The notes under the pieces are model-generated. The model did not search any database and was not told the origin of the DNA. It was given only the letters and a program-made list of their open reading frames with translations. Positions 39,218 through 51,843 of a stretch of 64,000 bases of DNA are shown in pieces. Where the stretch lies: the NCBI RefSeq assembly GCF_964204645.1, contig NC_134029.1, positions 13,666,850 through 13,730,849 of the forward strand, given 5' to 3'. Numbering within the stretch: position 1 is the stretch's first letter; each line of letters starts with the position of its first letter. A program made the translations under genes and the position numbers. This DNA comes from Tubulanus polymorphus. Its lineage: Eukaryota > Animalia > Nemertea.

Positions 39218-41519
39218 TGTACAGTTAAGGACATGATTCCATAGGACCCATACCAGAGACATTTTGTTCAGACAAGGACTATTAGTTAAACACTAATCTT
39301 CATTTTCAGCAATTAACGATCTGGTGAATTAATTAGTGATTCGGTCTTTCGGTGGTTCGAGATAAAATGCCCGCAAAATAAGAACCTAACGAACCAGGGC
39401 TGACCACAAATTGCCCAACAGATAAATTTTCGAAACGACACAATCCAATCATGTTTGGTATCAAATGTGGCGTGGACCATGGTCTTTTAACTGACCAATG
39501 CATGACCAGTACTGACCATATAGTAAATTATTTGTTTGCAAACAATAAGTTGTTTGGTGTCAAATAACTAGATATGATGTGGGCATTAATCTAAAAATTG
39601 TTTAACTGACCAATGCTTGACCAGCACAGACCAGTTACCAGTGCTAACCAGAACCCCCATAAGTAATTTATATGTTTAGTGAATCCTTCGTTAGTACTAC
39701 TAGCTCTTACATTTAAATTTGTCGCTTGAAAAAGTCTTGTCCGATTTTTGTTGTAGGTAGCGAGCTAACTTTGAAATTCCGCTAAAATGCATAAGATTTT
39801 TACGTAGGGTTTTGAACGAACAACGTTTCCATTTGTAATCGTAACGTGCGCAGAGCCTGTAACGTGCACATTTCACTCGCGTGAACGTGCGTATCGGTAC
39901 CAACATGCGAGACTTGTCAAACTTTTACGATCAAGACTTTTAAACTGAACAAAGAAGATATCATATCATATTATATAGGCCTATACATGAATAGATGGAA
40001 TGATAATGTAGTAGTTTGAAATGTTTCGTAGCTGCTGTCCACTGACCACAGATAAAAGCTAATTGCCTGATATGAAATATATTTTTGTTATAGAGATGTA
40101 GTAGATCAGTGAGAATTTAAACTTATGGTTAATTTTGAGTGATCACAACGCTAACCAATAGAGAAAGCTGTAAGGCCTAAGAAAAGATGCATTAAGTATA
40201 ACATATCTTTCAATATAATGATGAAGTATTCAACTGGCCATCACAACAATAGTTTGACTTATCTTATTGAAAAATACCGGAGTGTTAATGGGAAAACCTT
40301 GAATTCGAAACAATTCCACACTCAATCGTTTACTTTGAAAACACAATTTGCATTTTGTGGACATGTATTTTTTTCTGCACCAAAAGCATGAAGTATATTA
40401 TCTTTGCTTGTAAAAATTTGAAATTTTGGGGAAGATTTTTGGCCTCGTTAACCTGTGAACACGTCCTTCATATATTTTCTAAGACCGACCCTTGAAATAA
40501 TGCTGAGAGTTTCGAGGATAATTTTGGTAGGATGTAAACTTAGGCCGCTTCGTATCCGTGGATGGTTGCTACTTATTGATTCTATACACAATAATCATAA
40601 GTACCATGAGATTCGATAGAATATCGTTTTTCAATCATACGTACACGAATTATCGCGATATAAAGATAAATAATAAGTTCATATACTTTTTAGGTCTTAT
40701 ACTGTATATTTCTTTAGTAGTATAAATAAAGAGTGGATCAGCAGGCCACCTGAGACCATTCCACGATCTAAGGTCAGTTGCCAAAAGTTAGTAAGTTTAC
40801 CAGTGGATAGTTTACATTTATAATGACAATTAAATTTTCATTGCTAAAATAACTTTGTACTTGTTGACTCAAAAGCAGAGAATTGAAAATACGATAATAC
40901 GATACGAAAACTCAGTGTACAAATTCAAAAAGATTATCTCTAGTGAGAGATCGAACGTTGTGTCGTAATTTTCTAATGATAAAACATGGTTTGAAATTTG
41001 AAATGTGTACATAGTTGATCTTTTTCAGTGTATTTAGTCATGTATCATATTGGATGATGGTTAATTTAAACTATCTTTTGAGAAACGGGTCCCAGAGCTG
41101 TATCCTTTACTCCTGTAATAGAGGATGCAATCTATTTGCGACAAACAACTAGTGCAAATAGCTAGAAAAGGTAACAATAGTGCATTGGCAAACTTACATT
41201 GGTTGTTTAGGTTTTTCGAAGGGGAGAATTTGTGGGAAAATTAATCATTACTGAGATATATCCGTGGCGAGCTTTTCCAGGGATTTAAAAAGTTGAGCTG
41301 TACACAAGGAATTTTGTGTAGTCCAATATCCGTGATTACCTCTGGCGTGGAGAGATACAATCTAAAACCAACCCTAGAGTCAAATATTTTACCACAATTT
41401 TTTATGATCAATAAAAAGATTGAGTAATAGACATTCAAACAGTATTATCTAAATTCCACTCCATTTTAAACTCATTCATCTCTACACAAACTCCAACTTG
41501 TTGAACAGTCCACATTAAA

Positions 41520-41600
41520 ATTAGGGACCACTATTCTTGCTCATCTACACTGGCTACCAATCTAACAAAGGGTTAAATTTGAGTGTTTGATGTTATAACA
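41520..41600 (+). mobile_element. Small L2 LINE relic
   Basis: Translates to TILAHLHWLPI*QRVKF, the L2 ORF2 C-terminal motif. Confidence 0.55.
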
Positions 41601-41863
41601 ATACCAGTCTGAATTATGGATTCGGTTTCTACTTTTTAATTGAACATTTATATCACATATTGGGCATCATTTTTACCAGTATATATGGAATAACCTATCC
41701 ATATATCATGTTCAATTTTATAAAATCTGATTTTTGAGATGTCATTCAATCGATGCATTCACATGCGGTCGTTGCTTTCAATAGCCACCACGGACTGGCT
41801 CCTTATTATTTCTTTGGCGATACCATTGGCGGACGATCCCACACGTTTCTTGCTCCAGCCCTA

Positions 41864-42207
41864 AGGCGTTTTTACGAGCATCCGATTTTTGCGATCGATC
41901 GTAGGAACGCATTTACGAGCACCGATTTTTGCGATCGATTTCACGATCGGCGTTTTTACGAACACGATTTTCCGATCGATTTTTGAAATCGACCAACTCG
42001 CTCGGCGAGCGATTTGGCGATTTGATTTCCAAGATGGCGGCACCGGGTAGTTCAAAACCATACATTTTTTTCCTCAACGTCGCCATATTTATGTCATGTG
42101 ATTAGCCAAATCCATCGTCATTTTTACGAACGTTCGATTCGATCGTACGATCGAAGCAAATCGTTCACGAAATCGATCGCAAAAATCGGATGCTCGTAAA
42201 AACGCCT
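41864..42207. mobile_element. PIF/Harbinger-type MITE (AGGCG family), young copy
   Basis: Perfect 36-bp TIRs aggcgtttttacgagcatccgatttttgcgatcgat with 3-bp TSD CTA. Confidence 0.88.
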
Positions 42208-43099
42208 CTAGAATGCTCAATGTTCGTCATGAACCCCGATTTGAATTTAAATTCGAAATACTCCTAAAACACACCTGTTAACTAGATTACTCTAAAACAC
42301 CTTTATGTGCAAGAATCAGTGAAATTGGCGCTTTATCAGTTGTACTCATCATTCGTACACACGAATCTCGTATCGTATCCTATGAATGTGGAGACCCATC
42401 CTCGTAAAGAGAATGAATAGGCTCTGTTGCGTTCATATCATTTGATATGAGGCTACGTGTCATCTTCAATTGAAATCACGTTGTTTTTTTAAAGGGTGGG
42501 CGAGAATATATTCTTATGTTTTTGTTTCTCTGAATGTTGCTATTTAAGAGTTCAATAATTTCAGTCTACCAAACAAAGGATTTTCCGTATGTTTCGTGAC
42601 ATGTTTTTCCATAACCCTAGGAGAGCATTTTAGGTATTTTTTTGCGGATGACCGAAAGCTGCTGTCCCTTTCTAGTAATTTGATGATATCCGTCGAAATC
42701 TAAATTCTAAAAAGGAATCAGGCATATCTTCTTGTTTGACTAAATATGAACTCAACAACAAGTGACACTCCCTTCAAAGGCGCCGAAGTAAAATCATGTG
42801 TCGAGTGGAGATGATATTGTGTCAGAATTTCTTCAAAATCGGAGAAAATAGAATATTTTGAAAATAATCATTTTACATGTATGTTTAAATCCGTTATAAC
42901 TGGAGCAATTTTCATGAAAAAATATCTATGGAATCAGCGAAATGTAACTAAGAAGAATACCATGTTTAAAAAGTTATCATAGACATTTGAAAAAAGTTTT
43001 CTGAATTCGTCAACTGTTAAACTAGTAACAACCAGATGTGTTCCCATTAAACCACCGACCGCGAGCCGAGTCGATTTGAGATGTGCCCTACACTGAAAA

Positions 43100-43950
43100 T
43101 CTCAAGTGCTATACAACCGGTTTTTTAGGTGCCTCTGAATGTCGGCCGTTAAAAAACTGAACAATTCCCATTTGGAAAGGGCCTACGTAGTTAGAGAAAA
43201 TTCAAGATGTGTATATCGTGTGATACAGGCTCCATATTTCATGTGCGTTTGGAATTTAACCTTGTTTATAACGAAACACGCATGTATTTATGCTATTTTA
43301 GATTTAAAAAGAGCGCACGAAAGTGTTTCATGAGACCCGCAAATAACGTCAAGTTATTCATGCATTTTTGATTTATATGAATAAATTTCGCTTCGAAATC
43401 TTTAAATTTCTCAGGTGGATTATTCAATAAATTCACAACAGTCCATTATGGATTAGTTTGACGCCAATCGTTCTTTTAAAGATCTTTCTTTCTCGAAGAA
43501 AGATTTTCTTAAAAACTTTGATTATGGCGAATCTTTTATGTGTCCGATAGTTAAACCTTCGGGTATTATACTAGAACACAAATTTTCAAAGATATTCATA
43601 ACATACTGAAGGATATCACAGTTTATACCCGAAGATATGTATAGTTGGATAGATCTTTTTGTTTCGACTCGCATGCGACAGTAAAAACGGTACTTGATAT
43701 AATAAGTGAACTTCATCATTGATATTTTCACTAATCTACTTGAATTCCAAAAAAGAACTGACAATGAAAAAGGGTTACAGCTGTGACTGATATCACTCCA
43801 AATTTCAATTCATGAACACTTTTCATATAAAGAAAACTATTAACGAAACAGTTTTTAGAGGCGAAGAATCCGCGTTACCATCGAATTTTCATAACTTGAA
43901 GGAATGGTTAATGCCTCGGTGATCACTGGTCTAGTACGCGGTTTTCTGAA
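43100..43950 (+). mobile_element. Possible highly decayed non-LTR reverse transcriptase
   Basis: IYAILDLKRAHESVS resembles the RT motif LDLKKAFDSV, with a GF...S.C motif upstream. Otherwise heavily eroded. Confidence 0.3.
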
Positions 43951-44415
43951 ATGAAAGTGGCCAAGTCTAAAGAACAACTATTGTATCACATGATTTAAAA
44001 TATTAGGAACCCAAATGCGTTTAATGATTTAATTAATTGGTATCGCGCAGATTGGTTGAAAGACGGGTGTTAGTCACCTTGTGATTTAATTGTTTTTCAT
44101 GCATCGATTAATTAATCTTATTATAACTTATTTGTAGGCGCTTCCCGCAAACATTTTCTATTCGTTGAGTTTTCAAACGCAGTACTGTTCAGATGATTCG
44201 AGTTAAGTAGTAAAAAAGTTTATGTATTAGCATTACTATGCAGTGAAAATAACGCACCGCGGCAAGTGAGGTGCTGTGATCCAGATGTGTAACCCATTTA
44301 AGGGTAATAAATTTCCATCATGTCAACGCCATTCAAAAACAGTAGCAAAACATTCTGCTGGTTTCTAGAAATAGCAATACGACGACAAGCACTTTCGAAT
44401 TCGACCACGATATTT

Positions 44416-45040
44416 GAGAAGTTTCACTTGGGCAGTGGTGGTCAGTGATGGTCAATTTATGAATTTTAATGGCGAATCCTTTCTAGTTTCACACCAAATG
44501 CGGTACCGGTATATCGTTCTTTCAAGAAGTTGCAATTGGTCAGTGGTGGTCAGTGACGGTCAATTTATTAATTTTCAATGGCGAATCCTTTCTAGTTTCA
44601 CATCAAATGCGGTACCGGTATATCGTTCTTTCAAGAAGTTTCAATTGGTCAGTGGTGGTCAGTGATGGTCAATTTATGAATTTTCAATGGCGAATCCTTT
44701 CTAGTTTCACATCAAATGCGGTACCGGTATATCGTTCTTTCAAGAAGTTTCAATTGGTCAGTGGTGGTCAGTGATGGTCATTTTATTAATTTTCAATGGC
44801 GAATCCTTTCTAGTTTCACATCTAATGCGGTACCGGTATATCGTTCTTTCAAGAAGTTTCAATTGGTCAGTGGTGGTCAGTGATGGTCAATTTATTAATT
44901 TTCAATGGCGAATCCTTTCTAGTTTGACACCATAACGCGGTATATCGTTTTCATATTCGAGAAGTTTGAATTGGTCATTGGTGGTCAGTGATGGTCAGTG
45001 ATGAATTTGCAATGACGATTCCTTAGTAGTTTGAAAACAA
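44416..45040. repeat. Tandem array with a 109-bp unit, about 5.5 copies
   Basis: aagaag recurs at 44524, 44633, 44742 and 44851. The unit contains ggtcagtggtggtcagtgatggtca and the palindrome ccggtaccgg-like core gcggtaccggta. Terminal units are more diverged. Confidence 0.92.
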
Positions 45041-45159
45041 ACATTACATGATAAATTTCCAAAATTTGAAGTCAAGTGTTCAGACTCGGGGATATCTCAA
45101 TTGGTCAGTTACTGACCATCATGGTGTCACCATTGTGGTCTATAGCTCAAATGAAACAT

Positions 45160-45575
45160 AACACGTTCCCAAATGTTTTGATACTTTCTCAGTTTGTATC
45201 AAAAATATTGCCAATTTCTGGTCCTTGAGTCCTGAAAAATGATAAATTTACAGCGCAAAATCGTACAAACGTGTCAATTATACTTCTAAACACTTTATTT
45301 GCGGACCAGTTTATGAATTGAACGTGGGCCATAGAGCGCTATATCCGCCTATGATCTCAACTTTCAATTTATTACGTAAGCTATTCGTGAACAAAATGCG
45401 GTCGGCGCACAATAGAAACTTCGCTCTATTTATTCTTTCATTACCGCCGACAAAGAGGACCGATATTTCGCAAATTGGATTCGGGAGGTTTAAACCTCCC
45501 AAGGTCAAATCACTAAAATTGTGACCTTCGTGGAGATTATCTAAAAAGCCGATGGTAATCAAATTTAGCATAACT
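45160..45575 (+). repeat. Repeat of about 410 bp with an inverted copy at about 50880-51295
   Basis: Reverse-complement similarity over its length. Both copies contain the palindrome gggaggtttaaacctccc. Confidence 0.85.
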
Positions 45576-47427
45576 TTTTACCCAAACGTTCAATGGCATT
45601 CCTAAGTATTTGATGAAAGTTGAGAAATCATAAGATATTCATATAACCATGGACTCTAAAACCTAAATCGTATAAGAGTCTCTGATATAAAAAAAACTTC
45701 GCATAACGAAGAAGCAAAAATTCGAATCTGATTCATCTGTTTGGAATTGATTCTTATGAAATGGAAACAAATGCGTGAGCACCTACTCATTCATTCAATT
45801 TACTTTGCGGCTTTACAACGGCTATTTCACTGGTTCTGCGTGATGAGATAATTCTGATTAAAGTTATTGTAATAATTTCTATATGTATATACGTAATGAT
45901 ACTCTTTCTGAATAAAGGATGCACGTTATTCGAATCCCCACCATTGTTCTCTACAATGTACGTTAATCAAACTCACGATAAAACCAGATCCAAAACCATG
46001 GACTCAAAAACAAAGAATCCGTGGTCAAACATACAATTCTAATTTCCCCGTTAGTTCACTGATGCCGCCATCGAATGCAAGGATTCTAGCCAATCAGAGA
46101 GGCGCATGTACACATCCATTGGCATGTTAGTTATAGTACAACTTAGACAATAATCAAGGTTCGAGCCAATGAACTAGAATATGTTCTTTCAACTAACTAG
46201 AATATGTTCTTTCATCGAATACAAATAACTCAGTAGTAGTCAGTTAGTTGAGTTTGTTTGACTTGATTTGTATTTCATCAATCAATCTATTTCATTTTAT
46301 TTTAAAGTACAAACTAAACGCTTGAATTGCTTATAACACGACCAGGTATGAATTAGAATAGATCGGCTTAATATTTCGAATGCAAATTTGGCGTTTAAGC
46401 AATCGGAAATTCGAAGTGCTTGAGAAATTTTTCAATACGCACATTACTTCGAATAGCGATAAGTTCATTGACACATGTGACCATTGTTTTGTTACTTTCG
46501 ATAGCGAGTCGAATAAGCTATGGGACAGCTAACGACAGCACAATCGCAATATCAACAGAAGTTCATTTTATCCTACATGATGAGGCTAAATTCAGTGAAA
46601 TCGATCGTGTTCTGAAATATAAATTTTCCTGGATACATGTTGTTCATTGTAGCTATTCTATGCGGTTTTACATTAACCTGCTATAACATATTGACCGTTT
46701 TCAAGAACCCAAAAATTACAATTTGCTGGGAATCTGTTTTTTTTTCAAAAACAACCCAAACCCGAAATTGTGTACAGTTAGTACGCAGCGTATATAATGT
46801 CGGATTAGAGAATATTGAAAAAACTTTAAAAAAAGTTGAGTGAAGGGAAATAAGCTCAGCAGTGACAAATTGTCATTTCTACCCTTCACGTGATTAATTG
46901 ATGTCCAAATATGTTCTACCGTGAAAACTCTGCATTTAGCATCAAACGAATTTTTGTATACGTATCTCAGGATGCATGCTCTTCAAAAAGGTAGCCTATT
47001 AGGAAAAAACTTACCCGGTAAAATCCTAATTTGTCCTAAACGATATTCCAACTATTATTTTGTTAATTATTCAACTATCATCACTAACTGGGTAAGTTAG
47101 TTGAACTTACATAAAGATATATCATTAGGGACACTTCAATTTCACACCATTCAATATCATAAGGGAACAAAATTCTTTGAAACTTGGTTAATGGTAGTTC
47201 TTAAGACTAGGTTTTGTTTCCGGAATTTACTAAATGTACCAATTCTAATAATTCACTCATTGAAGCTTCTATACATTAGAAGCGAAAGCTCGTGCGTCGA
47301 AATAAATAGTTAACCTTTAAAGTACTACTTGTCTCTTCATTTAAATTCAAAATATAAGTCTTTATTGATTCTTTTTTGTTGGAATATGCATAACTTTTTC
47401 TGGGCAAATTTCTATATTCTGTCAAGT

Positions 47428-47474
47428 CATGGACTCTAAAACGATTTAGACATTAAAGCGTTTTAGAGTCCATG
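47428..47474. mobile_element. Micro-MITE hairpin, P-element-like (best copy of a family of about 5)
   Basis: TIR catggactctaaaacg / cgttttagagtccatg with flanks gtcaagt / gtcaagg. Other copies at 45648-45684, 45997-46023, 47603-47633 and 50584-50616. Confidence 0.65.
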
Positions 47475-48465
47475 GTCAAGGTATTTTGGCTATAACGAAT
47501 ATAACTAACTCCCTGGGGCAACGATGTGGCTGATGAAATGATCTCTCCCATTGTAATCCCACCATTTAATTACTCATTGTATAACAACTCTCACAATTAA
47601 GCCTCGGACTCTTAAACGAATTATGAGTGCATGCTTTAGTATAGGCTCTGATATAGAGCATATTGTCTTGATTTAGAACATGTATGCATAAACTCTAGGC
47701 TGCAAAGAAATACGTTTTCAGCGGCTCTAATCGAGTTAAATCTTTCGTGATAGATTAACACAGAGAGGCGGCACACAATCGCTGCTTATTGACATTAGGC
47801 ACAAGCCACTGTTATGTTCATTAGTAAAACTAATATAGAATGAATAAGTGAGGAGGGAAAATGTATAAATTAAATTTATAAATGAATTTATAAGAATTTA
47901 GCATGCATCGGAGTGCACTTAAATTGGATTATTACAAAATAACTCACTTCAAAATTTATGATATTGTTTCATTGATATTTATTACTTTAAAGCAATTCAC
48001 TTTAAGAACTTTGGTCAACAATAAGTCTGACCTGCAAATCAAATCATCGGGAGACCAAATACTGTTTCAAAAAATTATATTGCTAATACATTCCTAATCT
48101 TAACCTTTCGCCATAAACCTACTGGATTTAGGGCCTGGGGCATTTTAGATGGTTGTAGGTAAAAATCCCCTAGGTAAAATCCTCACTTGGCGATTTTTCA
48201 AGAACATTTGAAAGCACGATATTTATTCAAACATATTCATCCACAATACAACTGCAATATATTTAACTGTGCATTGATCTCTTTTGTTGAAATAAATCTT
48301 TAAATAAATTCATAGAATAAATGAAATTAATGAACTTTTTATTCATACTATCTTTTCATAATTTTATTCATACTATCTTTTAATTCGAACTAAATAACTC
48401 TTGTTAACTTGTGGTATAGTATGCTTATGATATGGATTCGATTTACGTATCAATATTTTCATGTT

Positions 48466-48513
48466 GACGGGGGCCTGATGATGGCTAATAGCATTAGCCG
48501 AAACATTGCTCGT
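48466..48513 (+). ncRNA. Penelope-type minimal hammerhead ribozyme motif (probably degenerate)
   Basis: CTGATGA (48475-81), T, stem II GGCTAAT-agc-ATTAGCC, GAAA (48500-03), then cattgctcgt. Stem I (gggc/gctc) is possible but weak. Confidence 0.6.
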
Positions 48514-50879
48514 AGAAGATTTTTTGCTGAATTCATTGTGGGATTTGCCTCGTTATTCACCATACACGGATATTGTGTATTTACTTCTCATTTTCATGTT
48601 GGTTTTGAACAACTTAAATTTTGCGATTCTAATACCTTATTAACTTTAGATGACAGTAATACCTTCAATTTACATGTAAAATATGATCACTGCTGAAAGT
48701 GTAATAAGGAATATATATTTACTCCAGTGACAATATTTTGATTCTAAGATTTAATTCAATCATCTAGTCCGAGTATGTATGGTAAAACTTCTGGCTAACC
48801 AAGAGCTAACCGAATACCGACAATAGAAGGTGGTCGCTTAAAAATTAGTTAATTTACGCAACAGGAATCTATCTTGATTTCAAGGGCACTTCAATTAATC
48901 GTTTCAATAGTGACCACTGTAAATTAGCCAGTAGTTTAAATGACCGAATTCAATCAACCGATTCGTATCCTAAGAATGAGAATTGTATCTAACCACAGTA
49001 GTTATTCCTCATCAAACGTTCGGTCATCATATTATACATCTATACATCATTACTATCATCTTTAGTTAACAGAAGTGCAATTAAATCTAGAATCTATGAG
49101 TTGAGTTTTTTTAGACATAATAAATTGTAACAAATAAAATGAAATAATAACAAAACTTCTTTACAGAGTTCAAAATATAAACCAACAATCTCATCTCAAG
49201 CATGTACTAGCGATGACGCTATGGGATAAAACCAAGTCTCGATTCATTGCCTAAAACGTGGGTACATTCATTCAAATCAGGACTAAAATACGCTTATATG
49301 GATATCTTGCATGATATCATTTTACATTACGGGTGTCTCATAGGCCTGGTTTTACTTGTACATTGTCATCAATTGATTAAACATCCCAAGTAACTTCTTT
49401 ATTTACTTATGGCTTAATCACTGGTATTCAATAGCTAGTCGGCTATAGAAAGACTAACCCGATAAAATTCCATTAACCGTTAGTCCAGAGTCGAACACTG
49501 TTCGCGCGTTAATTCGCAACGATTTTAAAGAAAGAAAATGATTGCATGAAATCTACTTTTCGTATCAATCGGCGTCCAATCTCTTAAACCATCCTAAACA
49601 CAGTAGTGTAGTAGTTTGTGTCTATTTGCTTTTGCTGATGTCATTTAACATAACAATGGAAATGTATTCGTTTATTTGGAAATTATATGAAGAAATGGAG
49701 TAATCATGTGACAAATCAAATTATTACTGCAAGGCAAAACATAGCGCACTTCAGATATATGATATGGTCTTAAAGACTTTTCATATATTAACAGTCCAGT
49801 TTAACGTCTATTGATATGAATAGTCCAGTTTTGATATGACTGTGCCAACAGTTGGAATAAAACCTATGAAATCTAGGGGCATTTATCTCATGAAATTTAG
49901 ATTTGAGATAATTGTATTGTATTGTATGAGGATTAAACATTTCAATGGCTGGTGATTATTTGTGATAAAGTAATCAGTGAGATGGACTGTTGATGTAGCC
50001 TTGATTGAGGCACTCGGGTCAGATAATATTTTTAGATAAAAAAGTGCATTTGTTAAAGCAGAACACATGATTTTAAACTAAATATAAGTAGCTAAACCGT
50101 TAATTTTCATTCCTAATTTTCATCACTCCCGATTATCAAAAATAATTCAACAGTTTGATTAACGGATAGTTGCAGTTAACAACATTTCTATCTGATAGAG
50201 AAGGTATAGAGGTATACAGAGGAACAAGAAAAGAACATCCAACTAGACACTGGAAAATCTTTATTCGGGTTTTTTACCGGGAGCCTTTACCTTGGGGTAT
50301 ATTTAACTAGGGGATTTTTACTGAAAGGGACCTTTACGGGGCGAGTTTTTACCCGATCACATCGATTATTGAATGACATGTTCGATAAAATCATGACAAA
50401 AACTGGTATCACTGGTTCAATTTGCTAATTTTCGCTATTCGGGTGGTTCTGTAGATTATTGGCTATACCGTTGGTAACTGACTAGCTATTTGTATCACTG
50501 ATCGGACTGTGAAAATATAGCTTTGACAAAACCACAACGAGAAATTAATCACATGCAATATTTTACTCGAAAACGAGCTTAACCATGGAATCAGTAACGT
50601 ATTTTCACAGTCCATGGCTGAAATGACGCTGTTGAAAAAATCAATGAGAAATACTGCCTCCGATTTTTATGACGAAAATATAGGAATAAATTCCGAACAG
50701 AATCAAATCAGGTTGTTCTTATTGGTATTGTGTATACATTTCATTTATTAGATATTTCAAGTAATTCGTGTAATTAGGATCCAATAATGGGTTTTTCTTT
50801 CGGTTTTACGTAATTTACAACTTACCAAATATGGACTACATGGTTTGACATTAAAACCAGTGAGCATTATGGTATCAAG

Positions 50880-51295
50880 TTCAACCAAAATTGATAACGA
50901 TCGGCCTTTCGTAGAATCTCCCTGAAGGTCACAATTTTAGTAAATTGACCTTGGGAGGTTTAAACCTCCCGAATCCAATTAGCAAAATATCGGTCCTCTA
51001 TGTCGGCGACAATAAAAGTACCATGCGCGTAACTTTCTATTGTGCGCCTGCCGCGTTTTGGGCACGAGTAGCTCACGTAATCTTAATTGAAAGTTGAGAT
51101 CACAGGCAGATATTGAGGTCTATGGCCCACACATAACATCATAAATTGGTCAGGAAATAAAGTGTTTTGTGGTATAGATGACACGTTTGTACGATTTTAC
51201 ACTGTAAATTTATCATTTTTTAGGACTTAAGGACCAAATATCGGCAATATTTTTGATACAAACTGAGAAAGTATCAAAACATTTGAGAACGCGTT
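50880..51295 (-). repeat. Inverted copy of 45160-45575
   Basis: For example, tttgatacaaactgagaaagtatcaaaacatttg is the exact reverse complement of about 45170-45203. Confidence 0.85.
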
Positions 51296-51843
51296 ACATG
51301 TGGAACCGACGAAGGGGCCCAAAAGCGTTAAGTCATTTCCTGGAGTGACGTGATCCAAAAATGCCCTAACTGGAAAAGGCAGTCTCTCAATTGGATGAAA
51401 CCAAATCGGACAGGACTATTAAAATTTGGAAAGGTCACAGGTAGTGGTCTTTCTACGAAGCCCACGCGGTGAGCGTATTATTATGAAATCTTTTTTTAAT
51501 ACACCATGTACCACGAAAGTAATAAGCATCGTTGTAAGCACTTGAAACAGCCATTAACCACTTGAAACTGTCAGATCAAACATCATACCGCATCCCCGCA
51601 AAGAGGGGTGGTTCAGCAAACCGGAGTTTTCATTGGCCTCTCTAGACTACCCCGCCAGTACGGGTAGCCGAGCAAACCGGAAAACTCATAATGAAACCTA
51701 AACGGTTCATTAGCCTATAGGCGTTTTTGTGAGCTGAATAGATTAGGTTTTGATAAGCTAGTGCGATTAGGTGCAATTTTGATTTGATTAGCTTTTGTCC
51801 ACAAATGAGCAGTTTAGTTATTACGATTAGGTAGTACGGTAAC

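Noticed and set aside
44416-45040. CRISPR array
   Set aside because: The units are fully repeated with no unique spacers, there are no cas genes, and the context is eukaryotic.
39300-51600. Numerous 60-95 aa ORFs
   Set aside because: They show no recognisable domains or consistent splice pattern and are explained by repeats or chance.
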